Shown here: piece by piece, positions 17,094-26,592 of the stretch
Layout of the letters: each line of letters opens with the position of its first letter
Numbering within the stretch: position 1 is the first letter of the stretch
From: Pseudomonadota bacterium
GTDB taxonomy: Bacteria > Pseudomonadota > Alphaproteobacteria > Rhodospirillales > Magnetospirillaceae
DNA: 64,000 bases
Reading direction: 5' to 3'
Assembly (NCBI GenBank): GCA_021847015.1
Contig: JAJZVW010000018.1
Location: 2,860 to 66,859, forward strand
Made by a program: the position numbers and the translations under genes
The notes under the pieces: generated by a model
Seen by the model: only the letters and a program-made list of their open reading frames with translations
What the model was told of the DNA's origin: nothing
The model's database searches: none

Positions 17094-20000
17094 ATGCTCC
17101 GGCGACTCGTTGCCTTTTCCATCCACTTCCGCGCTGTCATCCTTATTCTGGCCTGCGTCCTTATCGGGTACGGCGTTTTCGTAGCGGCGCACGCAAAGCT
17201 CGACGTCTTTCCCGAGTTCGCGCCGCCGCGAGTGGTGATCCAGACCGAGGCGCCTGGCCTCTCGCCGGAAGAGGTCGAGATCTTGGTCACCCGCCCGATC
17301 GAGACCGTGCTCAATGGCTCCAATGGTCTTGACTCTCTGCGGTCACAATCGATCCAAGGCATCTCGGTTGTTACTGCTGTGTTCCGCAACGGCACCGACA
17401 TATATCGCGCTCGCCAGCTCGTCGGCGAGCGCCTGGCTCAGACAGCCGGTAAGCTGCCGCTAGGAGTAGCGCCACCGACGATGGCGCCACTGACTTCGAC
17501 GACGAGCATCTTCCTGACGATCGGATTGACGTCCGACAAGTTATCGCCAATGGCGTTGCGCACCTTCGCCGACTGGACGCTGAAGCCCCGCCTGCTAGCA
17601 ACGCCGGGCGTCGCGAAAGCAGCCATCTTTGGCGGCGAGGTGCGCCAGCTACAGATCCAAGTGAATCCAGATCGCCTTGTGCAATACGACTTGGCGATCG
17701 GTGATGTGATCGCTGCGGCACGCAGCACGACGGGCGTGCGCGGCGCCGGCTTCATCGACACTCCAGCCCAGCGAATCGTCCTCCAGACCGAAGGCCAATC
17801 CCTAACACCCGACCAAATAGGAGACATCGTCCTGACGCAGCAGAACGGTGTCACCGTCCGCCTCAAGGACGTCGCTCGTGTTGTTGAAGCCGCGCAACCA
17901 AAGCCCGGCGATGCCGCAATCCTTGGGCGACCCGGCGTCGTGCTCCAAATTTCAAGTCAATATGGTGCAAATCCGATCGAGGTTACTCAGGCGGTTGAGC
18001 GCACCCTTGACGAATTGCGGCCGGTTTTCGAACGCGAGGGAATCAAGGTTTATCCAGCGCTGTTCCGCGCCGCCAACTTTATCGAGCGGGCCATCCATAA
18101 CGTCGACATTTCGCTCGTCACCGGCGGAGCACTCGTCGCCGTCATCTTGTTCCTTTTCCTCCTCAATCTCCGAACGGCGTTCATCTCATTTACGGCGATA
18201 CCTCTATCGCTGCTTGCCGCGCTCATCGTCCTCGACTGGTTTGGCATCTCCGTGAACACGCTTACGCTCGGAGGCTTCGCGATAGCGATCGGACTGGTGG
18301 TCGACGACGCCATCATCGACGTCGAAAATGTGTGGCGGCGCCTACGAGAAAACCGCCATGCCGATCATCCACAGCCGGCCTTCCGTATCGTGCTCGATGC
18401 AACTCTCGAGGTACGAAGCCCGGTCGTCTACGCCACGTTCATCGTCATCCTGATCTTTCTGCCTGTACTTACATTGAGCGGCCTCCAAGGAAGTTTTTTT
18501 GCGCCGTTGGCGATCGCTTCGGTCCTCGCGGTCCTCGCGTCCCTTGGTGTAGCCCTCACCGTCACACCGGCGCTCTGCTTCGTCCTGCTGCCCAAGGCAA
18601 GATACATGGGGGAGCCGCCCTATATCCAACGGTTGAAGGCGCTCCATCGCCAACTGCTCGTCGCCCTCAGCGGCCGATCACGCCTTCTTCTAGGCGCCGT
18701 GTCGGCACTTTGTTTGGCCGCCCTAGCCGTGCTTCCATTCTTCGGCGGCTCCTTGCTTCCTGAATTCAAAGAGGGCCACTTCATCGTCCAGATGCTCGCG
18801 ATCCCCGGCACCTCGCTGGACGAATCGTTGCGTGTGGGCGACATCGTCACCGCAGACTTGCTGAAGAATCCGCATATCCGATCCGTCTCGCAACAGGTCG
18901 GCCGCGCCGAGAGCAGCGAAGATACGGAGGGACCACACCGGAGCGAGTTCAACGTCGATCTTGCGCCATCAGCTGCCGGGGAATCGGATCAGGTTCAAGC
19001 AGAGATCCGCCAGACGCTGTCCCGGTTTCCGGGGTTCACTTTCTCAGTCAAGAGCTTTCTCACCGATCGTATCCAGGACACGATCTCCGGCACCGCCGCA
19101 CAGGTAGTGGTCAAGGTGTTCGGGCAAGATCTCGACCTCATTGATCAGAAGGCGCAGGAAGTCGCGCGCATCCTTGGATCGGTCCGCGGGGCAACCGATG
19201 TCCAGGTGCAATCGACACCAACCCTCCCTCAGATGGTTGTCCGGCTACGGCGCAATCGCCTCCAGCAATTCGGCTTCGAACCCATCGAGGTTCTAGACGC
19301 CGTGCAGACCGCCTTTCAGGGCTCCGTCGTCGCTCAGACCTATGATGGAGATCGCGTGTTCGACGTGACCGTCATTCTCGATCCGAACGCGCGGCGGGAT
19401 CCCGAACGTGTGGGACAGCTCATGCTTCGCCGTGCTGATGGGACGCGCATCCCGCTTCAAGACATCGCCGGCGTCTATTCCGCAACGGGGCGGTATGTCG
19501 TGCAGCACGATGGCGGCAACCGTCTGCAGATCGTGACCAGCAATGTCGCAGGCCGAGATGTGTCCTCCTTTGTCGCCGAGGCGAAGCAGAAGATCGCTGC
19601 GGAGGTAAAATTTCCAGCGGGAACATATGCCGTGTTTGCTGGCGAAGCCGAAGCGCGTGCCACTGCTCAGCAGCAGCTTCTGGTCCACTCGTCGATAGCC
19701 GCCATCGGAATCCTCCTGCTCCTCGCCACCGTCATCGGCAACGCTCGCAACTTGCTCCTGGTCATGGCGAACGTGCCCTTTGCGCTGGTGGGGGGCGTCG
19801 TGGCGGTTGCGCTCGGCGGGGGGTCGCTGTCGATCGGATCTTTGGTAGGCTTTGTCACTCTATTCGGCCTCACGATCCGCAATTCGATCCTTCTCGTGTC
19901 GCACTATGAGCACCTCGTGCAGTTTGAAGGGATGAACTGGGGCATCGAGGCTGCGCTACGTGGCGCCGCCGAACGCTTGCTCCCGATCTTGATGACCGCT

Positions 20001-20237
20001 CTCGTCACGGCATTGGGCCTGCTGCCAATCGCCATTTCCAGCGGCACCGCCGGGCATGAAATCGAAGGGCCGATGGCACTTGTAATCCTTGGCGGTCTTT
20101 TCACCTCGACCGCACTCAACCTTCTCGTGCTCCCGATTCTCGCGCTCCGTTACGGGAATTTCGTACCAGCTACGGCCGATATAGATACGCTCGCTGGTCC
20201 GGCGACGGCAGAGCCCGGACCGATTACCACCTCGTAG
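17094..20237 (+). CDS. Heavy-metal efflux RND transporter, CusA/CzcA family
   Basis: 1047 aa. The N-terminus [18 protein letters not shown]...[27 protein letters not shown] is typical of HME-RND pumps, with a 12-TM architecture. Confidence 0.95.
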   Translation: MLRRLVAFSIHFRAVILILACVLIGYGVFVAAHAKLDVFPEFAPPRVVIQTEAPGLSPEEVEILVTRPIETVLNGSNGLDSLRSQSIQGISVVTAVFRNGTDIYRARQLVGERLAQTAGKLPLGVAPPTMAPLTSTTSIFLTIGLTSDKLSPMALRTFADWTLKPRLLATPGVAKAAIFGGEVRQLQIQVNPDRLVQYDLAIGDVIAAARSTTGVRGAGFIDTPAQRIVLQTEGQSLTPDQIGDIVLTQQNGVTVRLKDVARVVEAAQPKPGDAAILGRPGVVLQISSQYGANPIEVTQAVERTLDELRPVFEREGIKVYPALFRAANFIERAIHNVDISLVTGGALVAVILFLFLLNLRTAFISFTAIPLSLLAALIVLDWFGISVNTLTLGGFAIAIGLVVDDAIIDVENVWRRLRENRHADHPQPAFRIVLDATLEVRSPVVYATFIVILIFLPVLTLSGLQGSFFAPLAIASVLAVLASLGVALTVTPALCFVLLPKARYMGEPPYIQRLKALHRQLLVALSGRSRLLLGAVSALCLAALAVLPFFGGSLLPEFKEGHFIVQMLAIPGTSLDESLRVGDIVTADLLKNPHIRSVSQQVGRAESSEDTEGPHRSEFNVDLAPSAAGESDQVQAEIRQTLSRFPGFTFSVKSFLTDRIQDTISGTAAQVVVKVFGQDLDLIDQKAQEVARILGSVRGATDVQVQSTPTLPQMVVRLRRNRLQQFGFEPIEVLDAVQTAFQGSVVAQTYDGDRVFDVTVILDPNARRDPERVGQLMLRRADGTRIPLQDIAGVYSATGRYVVQHDGGNRLQIVTSNVAGRDVSSFVAEAKQKIAAEVKFPAGTYAVFAGEAEARATAQQQLLVHSSIAAIGILLLLATVIGNARNLLLVMANVPFALVGGVVAVALGGGSLSIGSLVGFVTLFGLTIRNSILLVSHYEHLVQFEGMNWGIEAALRGAAERLLPILMTALVTALGLLPIAISSGTAGHEIEGPMALVILGGLFTSTALNLLVLPILALRYGNFVPATADIDTLAGPATAEPGPITTS

Positions 20238-20283
20238 CAGGAACTAAAGATTAAGCTCGCAGCATCACGACAATGGAGGTTCT

Positions 20284-20673
20284 ATGGCACCCGCAAAGAA
20301 GCTTAGCAACATGATCGTGGTCGCAGCTCTGTTTCTGACGGTGGGGCAGTTGCCCCCTTGGGCCAGCAAGGCTGTTGCTGCGTCCTCTCAAACGAAGCAA
20401 GAATTCAACAACATTATTCTGTCTCTTCAGGCTGCTGATAGCGCCTACGCAGCGGGCAACAATGCCGAAGCCCAGGCAAAATACAATCAGGCGAAATCTC
20501 GCTGGAACCAAGTCTCAGCGGCTATTTCGAAGAGCGAAGCGCATGAGGTTCAGACTCTTTTCGATGCGCTCGGCGACCAGATGAAGAAGAAAGCTCCTGC
20601 TACTGAGATCAAATCCACCATCAGTGATATGGTTGATGAGTTGCACGAAGACATCGAGTCGATTCGAAAATAG
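20284..20673 (+). CDS. Small exported helical protein, unknown function
   Basis: Signal-peptide-like N-terminus (MIVVAALFLTVGQLPPWASKAVAASS) and an Ala/Gln/Lys-rich helical body. Lower GC than its neighbours. Lies immediately after the RND pump. Confidence 0.6.
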   Translation: MAPAKKLSNMIVVAALFLTVGQLPPWASKAVAASSQTKQEFNNIILSLQAADSAYAAGNNAEAQAKYNQAKSRWNQVSAAISKSEAHEVQTLFDALGDQMKKKAPATEIKSTISDMVDELHEDIESIRK

Positions 20674-21132
20674 ACGCTCGTGCTGCTCAAGCGCATCTCG
20701 AACATCAGATCGCCGTGTCGGGCACGACTTATCTACTGCCCATATGTTTCGTGGTGCGCCCCGCTCGATCGTTGGGACCCAACACAGGCAAACGCGGTAG
20801 GGACGCGCTTGGCTCGCATAGTGCCGTTCCGCCAACGCCCAGCCTTGGCAAGGTCGTGTCCAGACGATCGCCCCAATTGCGCCGGCCTCATTGAGCGTCG
20901 GACTAGGGCGTCCGATTTCTAACCGACAGTGACCCGCACACCGCCCGCCAATCAGATTGGCTTTTCACCTGTCGCCGGGCACGGCATCTATTCGCCATGC
21001 GCCATCGTGACCGCGCGTTGCCAGTCGTCCTCGAACGTGATCGCAGCGTTCAACGAGCTTCGCATCGCAGTCTGCGAGCGCTCCTTCGCCGCCCGTCGCA
21101 AAGACGGACGCGATCGGCTGATGGAGGGTCGT

Positions 21133-21363
21133 ATGGCCGAAAGTAAGTTTCTAACGACCGAGGAAGTTTGCGAACGCTATCGCGGTGAAATCTCCGCGGG
21201 AACACTCCGGAATTGGCGCGCGCAGCGAGTGGGACCGCCGTTTATAAAAATCGGCAAGTCGGTTCTGTATCCCGTGCAAGGCCTCGATGAATGGGATAAA
21301 AAGAATCTCGTGATCTGCCGTGCTTCGCGCAAACTCAGCGTGGCTGATAATGAGGGAGGGTGA
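21133..21363 (+). CDS. Excisionase/AlpA/MerR-like helix-turn-helix DNA-binding protein
   Basis: MAESKFLTTEEVCERYRGEISAGTLRNWRAQRVGPPFIKIGKSVLYPVQGLDEWDKKN matches the small HTH_17/excisionase-type pattern. GGAGGG lies upstream of the ATG at 21133. Last gene before the island border. Confidence 0.75.
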   Translation: MAESKFLTTEEVCERYRGEISAGTLRNWRAQRVGPPFIKIGKSVLYPVQGLDEWDKKNLVICRASRKLSVADNEGG

Positions 21364-21633
21364 AGATCACGCTGGATCACGGATTACCGATCCCAGACTC
21401 ATACCCCAACGATTTCTCCAGATGTCGAAAACGCTATTCAATTCAATGCACTGCTTTCTGGACGGAGACTGGTCCACAACCACCCCTCGGGCGACCCGGC
21501 GCCCTCGAAAGCCGACATCGAGATGACCCGGGCCGTGCGCGACGCCCTGGAGGCCGTCGGCATCCGCCTGCACGACCATCTGGTGATCGGCCGCAAGGGC
21601 CATGTCAGCTTCAAGGCGATGGCGCTGCTCTAA
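21364..21633 (+). pseudogene. radC: radC (JAB/MPN domain) 3' fragment without a start codon
   Basis: Own frame-1 translation: ...[73 protein letters not shown]. The [12 protein letters not shown] motif and the C-terminal block are typical of RadC. The frame is closed by TGA at 21361 and has no N-terminal two-thirds. Confidence 0.75.
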
Positions 21634-21651
21634 GCAGATGCCGGGCGCCCG

Positions 21652-23361
21652 TCAGGCGGCCCGCATGGCGTCCAGGAAACCCGCCACCTGATCGCGCAGG
21701 GTCTCGGCCTCCTCGACCAGTTCGTCGGCGGCCTTGAACATGTCCGAGGCCATGCCGCCGGTGGCGGACGCCGCCTGCGACACCTGGGCGATGCTGCGGG
21801 TGATCTCGGCGTTTCCGTTGGCGGCCTGCTGCACGGACTGGACGATATCCTCGGTAGCGCCGTTTTGCCGCTCCACGGCCAGGGTGATCCCCGATACCAC
21901 TTCGTCCACCTGGCCGATGGTGGCCCCGACCTTGCGGATCGTCTCGACCGCGTCCTGGCTGATGGCCTGGATGCCGGCGATCTGCGCGGCGATCTCGTCG
22001 GTCGCCTTGGCGGTCTGGTTGGCCAGGTGCTTGACTTCGCCCGCCACCACGGCGAAGCCTTTGCCCGCCTCGCCCGCGCGCGCCGCCTCGATGGTGGCGT
22101 TCAGCGCCAACAGATTGGTTTGCGCGGCGATGTCGTTGATGATGGTGACGATTTCGCCGATCCTTTTGGCCGCCTCGGCAAGGCCGGTCATGGTGGCATT
22201 GGCGGTCTGGATGCCGTCCACCGCCGCCGAGGTGATCGCCGTCGATTGGCCGAGGCGGCGGCTGATGTCATCGGCGGAATCGGAGAGCATCCGCACCGAA
22301 GTGGCGACGCTGTCCACGTTGGAGGCGGCCTGGTTGGCGGCGGCGGCGACGGCCGCGCCCTGCTCGCTGGTGCAGGCCGCGTTGGCCGACAGCCTGTCGG
22401 ACGCGGAATGGACGTGACGGACGGTCTCCATCACCGCGTCCAGCATCCGCGCCATGGACACGTTGAAATCCTCCGTCAGGCGGTCCCGTGCGACCATCAC
22501 CGCAGCCTGGCGGTCGCGCTCGGCCGCCTCGCGTTCCTCGAACTCGCGGTTGCGCTGCATATTCTCGCGGAAAACCGCCACCGCCCGGGCCATGGCGCCA
22601 ATCTCGTCGCGGTTCGTCAGGGACGGCACCTCGCTCGCCAAATCGCCATCGGCCAGCCGGCGCATGACGGTGGTGATCTCCGCCACCGGACGGGAAATCA
22701 GCCGCGCCATCACCACCATCACCAAGGCTCCGCCCACCAGACACCCGGCGAGCAGGCCGTAGAACCGCAGTTTGGCAGTTCCGGCCACGTCGAGGGCCTC
22801 GTCATAGGTCATCTGCGTGCGCTGGGTCGAATAGTCGTTGAGGCCCTGAAGATTGATCGTCAGGTTGCCGTAGAGGTCCTCCGACCGTGCCATCAGCTTC
22901 GCCGCCGAAGACGGATCGGATGCGGTGGCCGACAGAACGTCGCCGACCAGCTTCTGGTAATCCTGCATCCCGGTCCGGATGTCGCCAACCAGGCCCTTCT
23001 CGTCGTCGTTCCACGCGATCGAAGTCTCCAGGCTCTGGTAATCCTCGCGCAGCGTCTCGGCGTCGTCGCGGATCTGCTTGCCCAGTTCGGCGGCTTTCGC
23101 CGGGTCGGCCCCGTTCATATCCCGATTGAGGAGGCGATAGAGGTCGGCCTGAAGAGAGGCGACCTCGGTTTCCATTCGTCCCGACAGCCGGCTTTTTTTG
23201 AAGGAGACTTTGTACAGATCGTCGAGGGCGGCGTGCTGGCGAGCCATGCCCGACCAGAAAATAACGCCCAGAAGGCACATCGACGCGATCAGCAGAAGGG
23301 GAGAAACGAACACTTTGACGGCGATCCCGATATCAGCGAGCCGTTGACGCAGAACCGCCAT
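21652..23361 (-). CDS. Methyl-accepting chemotaxis protein
   Basis: Two TM segments flanking a periplasmic sensor region, then HAMP and the highly conserved MA signalling hairpin ([44 protein letters not shown]). The start is probably MAVLRQRL at 23361 (track start 23430). Confidence 0.95.
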   Translation of the reverse strand: MAVLRQRLADIGIAVKVFVSPLLLIASMCLLGVIFWSGMARQHAALDDLYKVSFKKSRLSGRMETEVASLQADLYRLLNRDMNGADPAKAAELGKQIRDDAETLREDYQSLETSIAWNDDEKGLVGDIRTGMQDYQKLVGDVLSATASDPSSAAKLMARSEDLYGNLTINLQGLNDYSTQRTQMTYDEALDVAGTAKLRFYGLLAGCLVGGALVMVVMARLISRPVAEITTVMRRLADGDLASEVPSLTNRDEIGAMARAVAVFRENMQRNREFEEREAAERDRQAAVMVARDRLTEDFNVSMARMLDAVMETVRHVHSASDRLSANAACTSEQGAAVAAAANQAASNVDSVATSVRMLSDSADDISRRLGQSTAITSAAVDGIQTANATMTGLAEAAKRIGEIVTIINDIAAQTNLLALNATIEAARAGEAGKGFAVVAGEVKHLANQTAKATDEIAAQIAGIQAISQDAVETIRKVGATIGQVDEVVSGITLAVERQNGATEDIVQSVQQAANGNAEITRSIAQVSQAASATGGMASDMFKAADELVEEAETLRDQVAGFLDAMRAA

Positions 23362-23650
23362 CTGTCTCTTCCTTTCACCGCCGGCCATGCCGGCCCCCAT
23401 CCGTGATTGGGGAACCTGTGGCGCGTCCACCCTCAGGTGAACACCCTAGGGCGTCATAATTCTGACACTGTGCGCAACCGTCAAGGGTCGTTTTCGCCAT
23501 GACTGTTCAAGAGTTCATGAAATGCCGTTGTCACTGGCGTTTCGGCCGAAAGACCGGAACCTTCCGGAACGTTGACGAAACGCGCCGTTCGGGATCTCGG
23601 CTGGCCTTTCCGCCGGGGGGACGCGCTGCTATCCTTGTCCTCCGGGGAAG

Positions 23651-24709
23651 ATGATGTCGAACGAAAGCATCCGGCCGCCGGCGGTGGTGGCGGTCTTCAA
23701 CCACAAGGGCGGAGTGGCCAAGACCACCACCGCCACCAACATCGCGGTCTGTCTCGCCGCCCGCGGTTGGCGCGTGGTGCTGATCGACCTCGACCCGCAG
23801 GGCAACGCCACGGCGGGATTCGGCCACACGCGGCTGCCCCCGGTCGGGGCGCTGGACGTGGTCGCCGGACGCTGCGGGTTCGCGGAATGCCTTCTGCCCA
23901 CACCTTTCGCCGACCTTCGGCTTCTGCCCGCGACCGAGGCCCTGCGCATGGCCGAACTGGAGCTGGCCGGCGACGAAACCGCCGTCCAATTGCTGCGCGA
24001 CCACCTGCGCGAGGGAGAGGCCATCGGTCTGGCCGACATGGTGGTGATCGATTGCCCGCCGTCCTTCGGCATGGTGACCCTGAACGCCCTGTACGCCGCG
24101 ACGGCGGTACTGCTCCCCACCCGGCCCGACCCTTATGCCCACGACGGATTGCTGAACAGCTGGTACGAAATCAAACGGCTCCGGCAGGAGGCCGAGGCCG
24201 ACGTGCATGTGGCCGGCATCCTTCTGACCATGACCGAGGAGCGGGGCCCCCTGGCCGACGGAGCCCAAGCCATCCGAGCCGAATTCGGCCAGCAGGTTTA
24301 CCCCACCCACATTCCCGGCGATGTCGCCGTGGCGGAAGCGGCGCAGCTTTCCCTGCCCGTCGTCGTCCTGGACCCCGATGGCGGCGCGGGACGCGCCTAC
24401 GTGGCCGTTACCGCCGAACTGCTGGCGCGCTTGCATGGAGACGATGGGCACGCGGACGATTCCGCCACGGATGCCACGCTCAACACGTTGCGGGAGTGGC
24501 GCGCGGAGTGGATTTCCCAGGAGCGCATCCCCAAACAGCGACTCGGCTGGATCGACGCCGAGCCGTCCGCCTCGCCGTCGGCGCCGTCGGCGGCAGCGGC
24601 GCCCGGGCGGTCCCGGTCCGCCAGCCGCCTGATGCTGGGATTGGCGTTTTCGATCGGCGCCATTCTCGGCGTCATCGTCGGCGCGGCCGTGCGTGGGGAA
24701 TTGATGTGA
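23651..24709 (+). CDS. ParA/MinD-family ATPase with C-terminal extension and predicted TM helix
   Basis: Deviant Walker A NHKGGVAKTT, then LIDLDPQGNAT and VVIDCPPS. A ~100-aa C-terminal tail ends in LMLGLAFSIGAILGVIVGAAV. Confidence 0.85.
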   Translation: MMSNESIRPPAVVAVFNHKGGVAKTTTATNIAVCLAARGWRVVLIDLDPQGNATAGFGHTRLPPVGALDVVAGRCGFAECLLPTPFADLRLLPATEALRMAELELAGDETAVQLLRDHLREGEAIGLADMVVIDCPPSFGMVTLNALYAATAVLLPTRPDPYAHDGLLNSWYEIKRLRQEAEADVHVAGILLTMTEERGPLADGAQAIRAEFGQQVYPTHIPGDVAVAEAAQLSLPVVVLDPDGGAGRAYVAVTAELLARLHGDDGHADDSATDATLNTLREWRAEWISQERIPKQRLGWIDAEPSASPSAPSAAAAPGRSRSASRLMLGLAFSIGAILGVIVGAAVRGELM

Positions 24710-24737
24710 CCGGAAACGGACATGGCACACGGGCATG

Positions 24738-24862
24738 GCTGTTCAGTGCTCGGCTCAGGACGTGTCCCTCCTTGTCATTCCGAGCCGAAGCGAGGAATCT
24801 TTCAGGCACCTTTTGTGAAAGATCGCCCCGCTCTCTCGGAATGACGGCATCAGAACTGAACG
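24738..24862. repeat. Palindromic REP/MITE-like element, copy A
   Basis: GCTGTTCAGTGCTCGG...TGTCATTCCGAGCCGAAGCGAGGAATCTTTCAGGCACC...CTCGGAATGAC...GAACTGAACGG. Inverted arms. ACGGACATGGCAC occurs on both flanks (24716 and 24860). Confidence 0.85.
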
Positions 24863-24885
24863 GACATGGCACGGGGGGAAACATC

Positions 24886-25059
24886 ATGGAAAACGACGCC
24901 CGAAATATCGTGTGGCGGTTCCGGCACGACCGGCAAGGCGCCGTCGCCATCGAATACGCGCTGATCGCCGTGCTGATAGCGGTCGCCATCATCGGCGCCG
25001 TCACTGCTTTGGGCGGCAACGTTTCGAATCTGTTCAACTTGGTCGTTTCCCAAATTTGA
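24886..25059 (+). CDS. flp: Flp/Fap-family pilin (copy 1)
   Basis: 57 aa: MENDARNIVWRFRHDRQGAVAIEYALIAVLIAVAIIGAVTALGGNVSNLFNLVVSQI. Contains the Flp motif G/AxAIEYxLI and a hydrophobic helix. Confidence 0.9.
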   Translation: MENDARNIVWRFRHDRQGAVAIEYALIAVLIAVAIIGAVTALGGNVSNLFNLVVSQI

Positions 25060-25115
25060 CTTTTGCCCCAGAATCCCCGTTGTCGTTGAACTGACGAGCC
25101 CATATAATCCTGGCC

Positions 25116-25574
25116 GTGAGCAAGTCATACTTCGACATCGTCAGACTGATCGAGCGCCTGCACCGGCACTTCCTCGACGTCCTCCGGGCCGAGCTTCGAC
25201 ACCGCGGGACCGAGGAGGTCAACGCCGTCCAGGCCCTTCTTCTTTACAATATCGGCGAAAACGAAGTCGTGATCCGCGATTTGAAGGACCGCGGCTATTA
25301 CCAGGGATCGAATGTTTCCTACAACATCAAGTCCCTCACCGAGTCGGGCTACCTCATGCAGGAACGTTCCCCCCACGACCGCCGGTCGGTGCGCCTCAAG
25401 CTCACCGATAAGGGAATGGACCTGTGCAACGCCATCCGCGCCCTTCAGGACGAACTGGCGGCCACCATCGGCGCCGAGATGAACGGTCAGTTGGAAAGCA
25501 CGGTCGCCACCATGCAGCGGCTGGAACGCACCTGGACCGACTTCATTCACTACGGACGGCCCCGGGCCCCGTGA
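25116..25574 (+). CDS. MarR-type winged-helix transcriptional regulator
   Basis: NAVQALLLYNIGENEVVIRDLKDRGYYQGSNVSYNIKSLTESGYLMQERSPHDRRSVRLKLTDKG is the MarR wHTH pattern. GTG start. Confidence 0.8.
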   Translation: MSKSYFDIVRLIERLHRHFLDVLRAELRHRGTEEVNAVQALLLYNIGENEVVIRDLKDRGYYQGSNVSYNIKSLTESGYLMQERSPHDRRSVRLKLTDKGMDLCNAIRALQDELAATIGAEMNGQLESTVATMQRLERTWTDFIHYGRPRAP

Positions 25575-26520
25575 TCGGCGTGTTGTCGGGACAGGCGTTG
25601 CGGTAACCGATCCCGACCGTTTCGCTTGGCGCGAAATCGCCCCCCGGCGGATCGCCGACGGTGATGCTTCCACGATAGGGCAGGTGCGGCCAGCTTATGC
25701 CGTTTCCCCGCCGAACCGCGCCGATGCGCAGCAGCGACGCCTTGGGCCAGACGGTGTATTCCTGCGCCGCCTGGCCCGGTCGCTCGGTGGCGTAGACGTG
25801 ATCGAGGGCGATCGGGAACGGCTTCTCCAAAATCGAATCCAGGAACCAGTACTGGTAGGTATAGCGGTCCACGGGCTGGCCGTCGGTGTAGCGGATGTTG
25901 ACGTTTTCGAGATCGGCCGACCGGGTGGCGTGCTGCGGTGGAATGAAGAGCCCCTCGTAACCTGTGGTGCCGCTGACGTTGTAGAAGCGCAGGCGCCCGA
26001 CATCCCCCTGGGTCTGCACCATGTCGCCGTGAACGCCCATCCTGTGGCCCGAGATGTTGACGATCCGCGTATTCTGCACGGTAAGGTCGGCGTGGCGGCC
26101 CGGGGCGCTGTAAATGTCGATTCCGTCCCGCTCGCCGGCATCCGCGTTGTCGATCAGCGCTCCTTCGACGTGGACCGCGCCGGAAACGCCGGCGAAATAC
26201 AGTGTCCCTGTGGCCGGTCCCTGCGGCCGGTATTCCCCCCCCAGCACGACGATGTTACGCCCGCCCTCGGTTTGCAGCCGCCGCAGTGTTCGCGGCGTGG
26301 AGGCCCCCAGGAACACCACGTCCTGATCGGGCTCGAAGTGCCACCAGTCGCGGTCCCCGGTCTTGTCGAGGTCGATAATCGTCGGGTTTTTCAACTTCGG
26401 AAACGGCCATTTCATCTGGCAGGCGGGTGGCGGACGGTCTCCCGCCTCGGGCGGCGCCCCAGCGGCGGCGGCGGTCAGCGTCAGCATGCATGCGGCGGGG
26501 ATGGCGAAGCGTGCGGTCAT
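25543..26520 (-). CDS. Exported single-module protein of an unassigned (beta-helix-like) domain family; paralog of the modules in 61663..>64000
   Basis: Sec-type signal MTARFAIPAACMLTLTAAAAGAPP. The body aligns block by block with the modules of the giant gene: NPTIIDLDKTG, QDVVFLGAS, GGRNIVVLGGEY, VEGALIDNADAGERDGIDI, VQNTRIVNISG, HGDMVQTQGDVG, TTGYEGLFIPPQ, VWPK, ISWPHLPYRGSITVGD. Lies directly downstream of the TadE-like genes on the same strand. Confidence 0.85.
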   Translation of the reverse strand: MTARFAIPAACMLTLTAAAAGAPPEAGDRPPPACQMKWPFPKLKNPTIIDLDKTGDRDWWHFEPDQDVVFLGASTPRTLRRLQTEGGRNIVVLGGEYRPQGPATGTLYFAGVSGAVHVEGALIDNADAGERDGIDIYSAPGRHADLTVQNTRIVNISGHRMGVHGDMVQTQGDVGRLRFYNVSGTTGYEGLFIPPQHATRSADLENVNIRYTDGQPVDRYTYQYWFLDSILEKPFPIALDHVYATERPGQAAQEYTVWPKASLLRIGAVRRGNGISWPHLPYRGSITVGDPPGGDFAPSETVGIGYRNACPDNTPITGPGAVRSE

Positions 26521-26592
26521 CGGCGGCCCTCCGCCGGCCATATGGCCCGAGAGGCCCCTGGCGGCGAGAGGACGTGCGGATGAGGCGGCCGG

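Larger units (their letters stand above)
1..21470. mobile_element. Right-hand ~21.5 kb of a horizontally acquired metal-resistance / quorum-sensing genomic island (left end outside window)
   Basis: Visibly lower GC than the rest of the window. Cargo is typical accessory content (metal efflux, thiol-redox, AHL quorum sensing). I saw none of the palindromic repeats that populate 24.7-59.8 kb. An excisionase-like HTH gene lies next to the right border. The border coincides with a truncated radC and a sharp GC step at ~21,470. Confidence 0.6.

Noticed and set aside
20680-21650. tRNA or tmRNA gene as the island integration target
   Set aside because: I looked for cloverleaf-compatible sequence and a GTTCGAATC-like T-loop at the island border and found none. 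The border coincides with a radC fragment instead.
21865-23406. 513-aa plus-strand ORF
   Set aside because: Antisense to the methyl-accepting chemotaxis protein, which has an unmistakable signalling domain. The ORF has a low-complexity Gly/Arg/His/Asp sequence.
23531-25059. 401-aa minus-strand ORF and 495-aa plus-strand ORF overlapping the ParA-like gene
   Set aside because: These are alternate-frame or antisense shadows of the ParA-like gene. Only the last 57 codons of the 495-aa ORF (the Flp pilin from 24886) are real. The stretch between runs through REP copy A.
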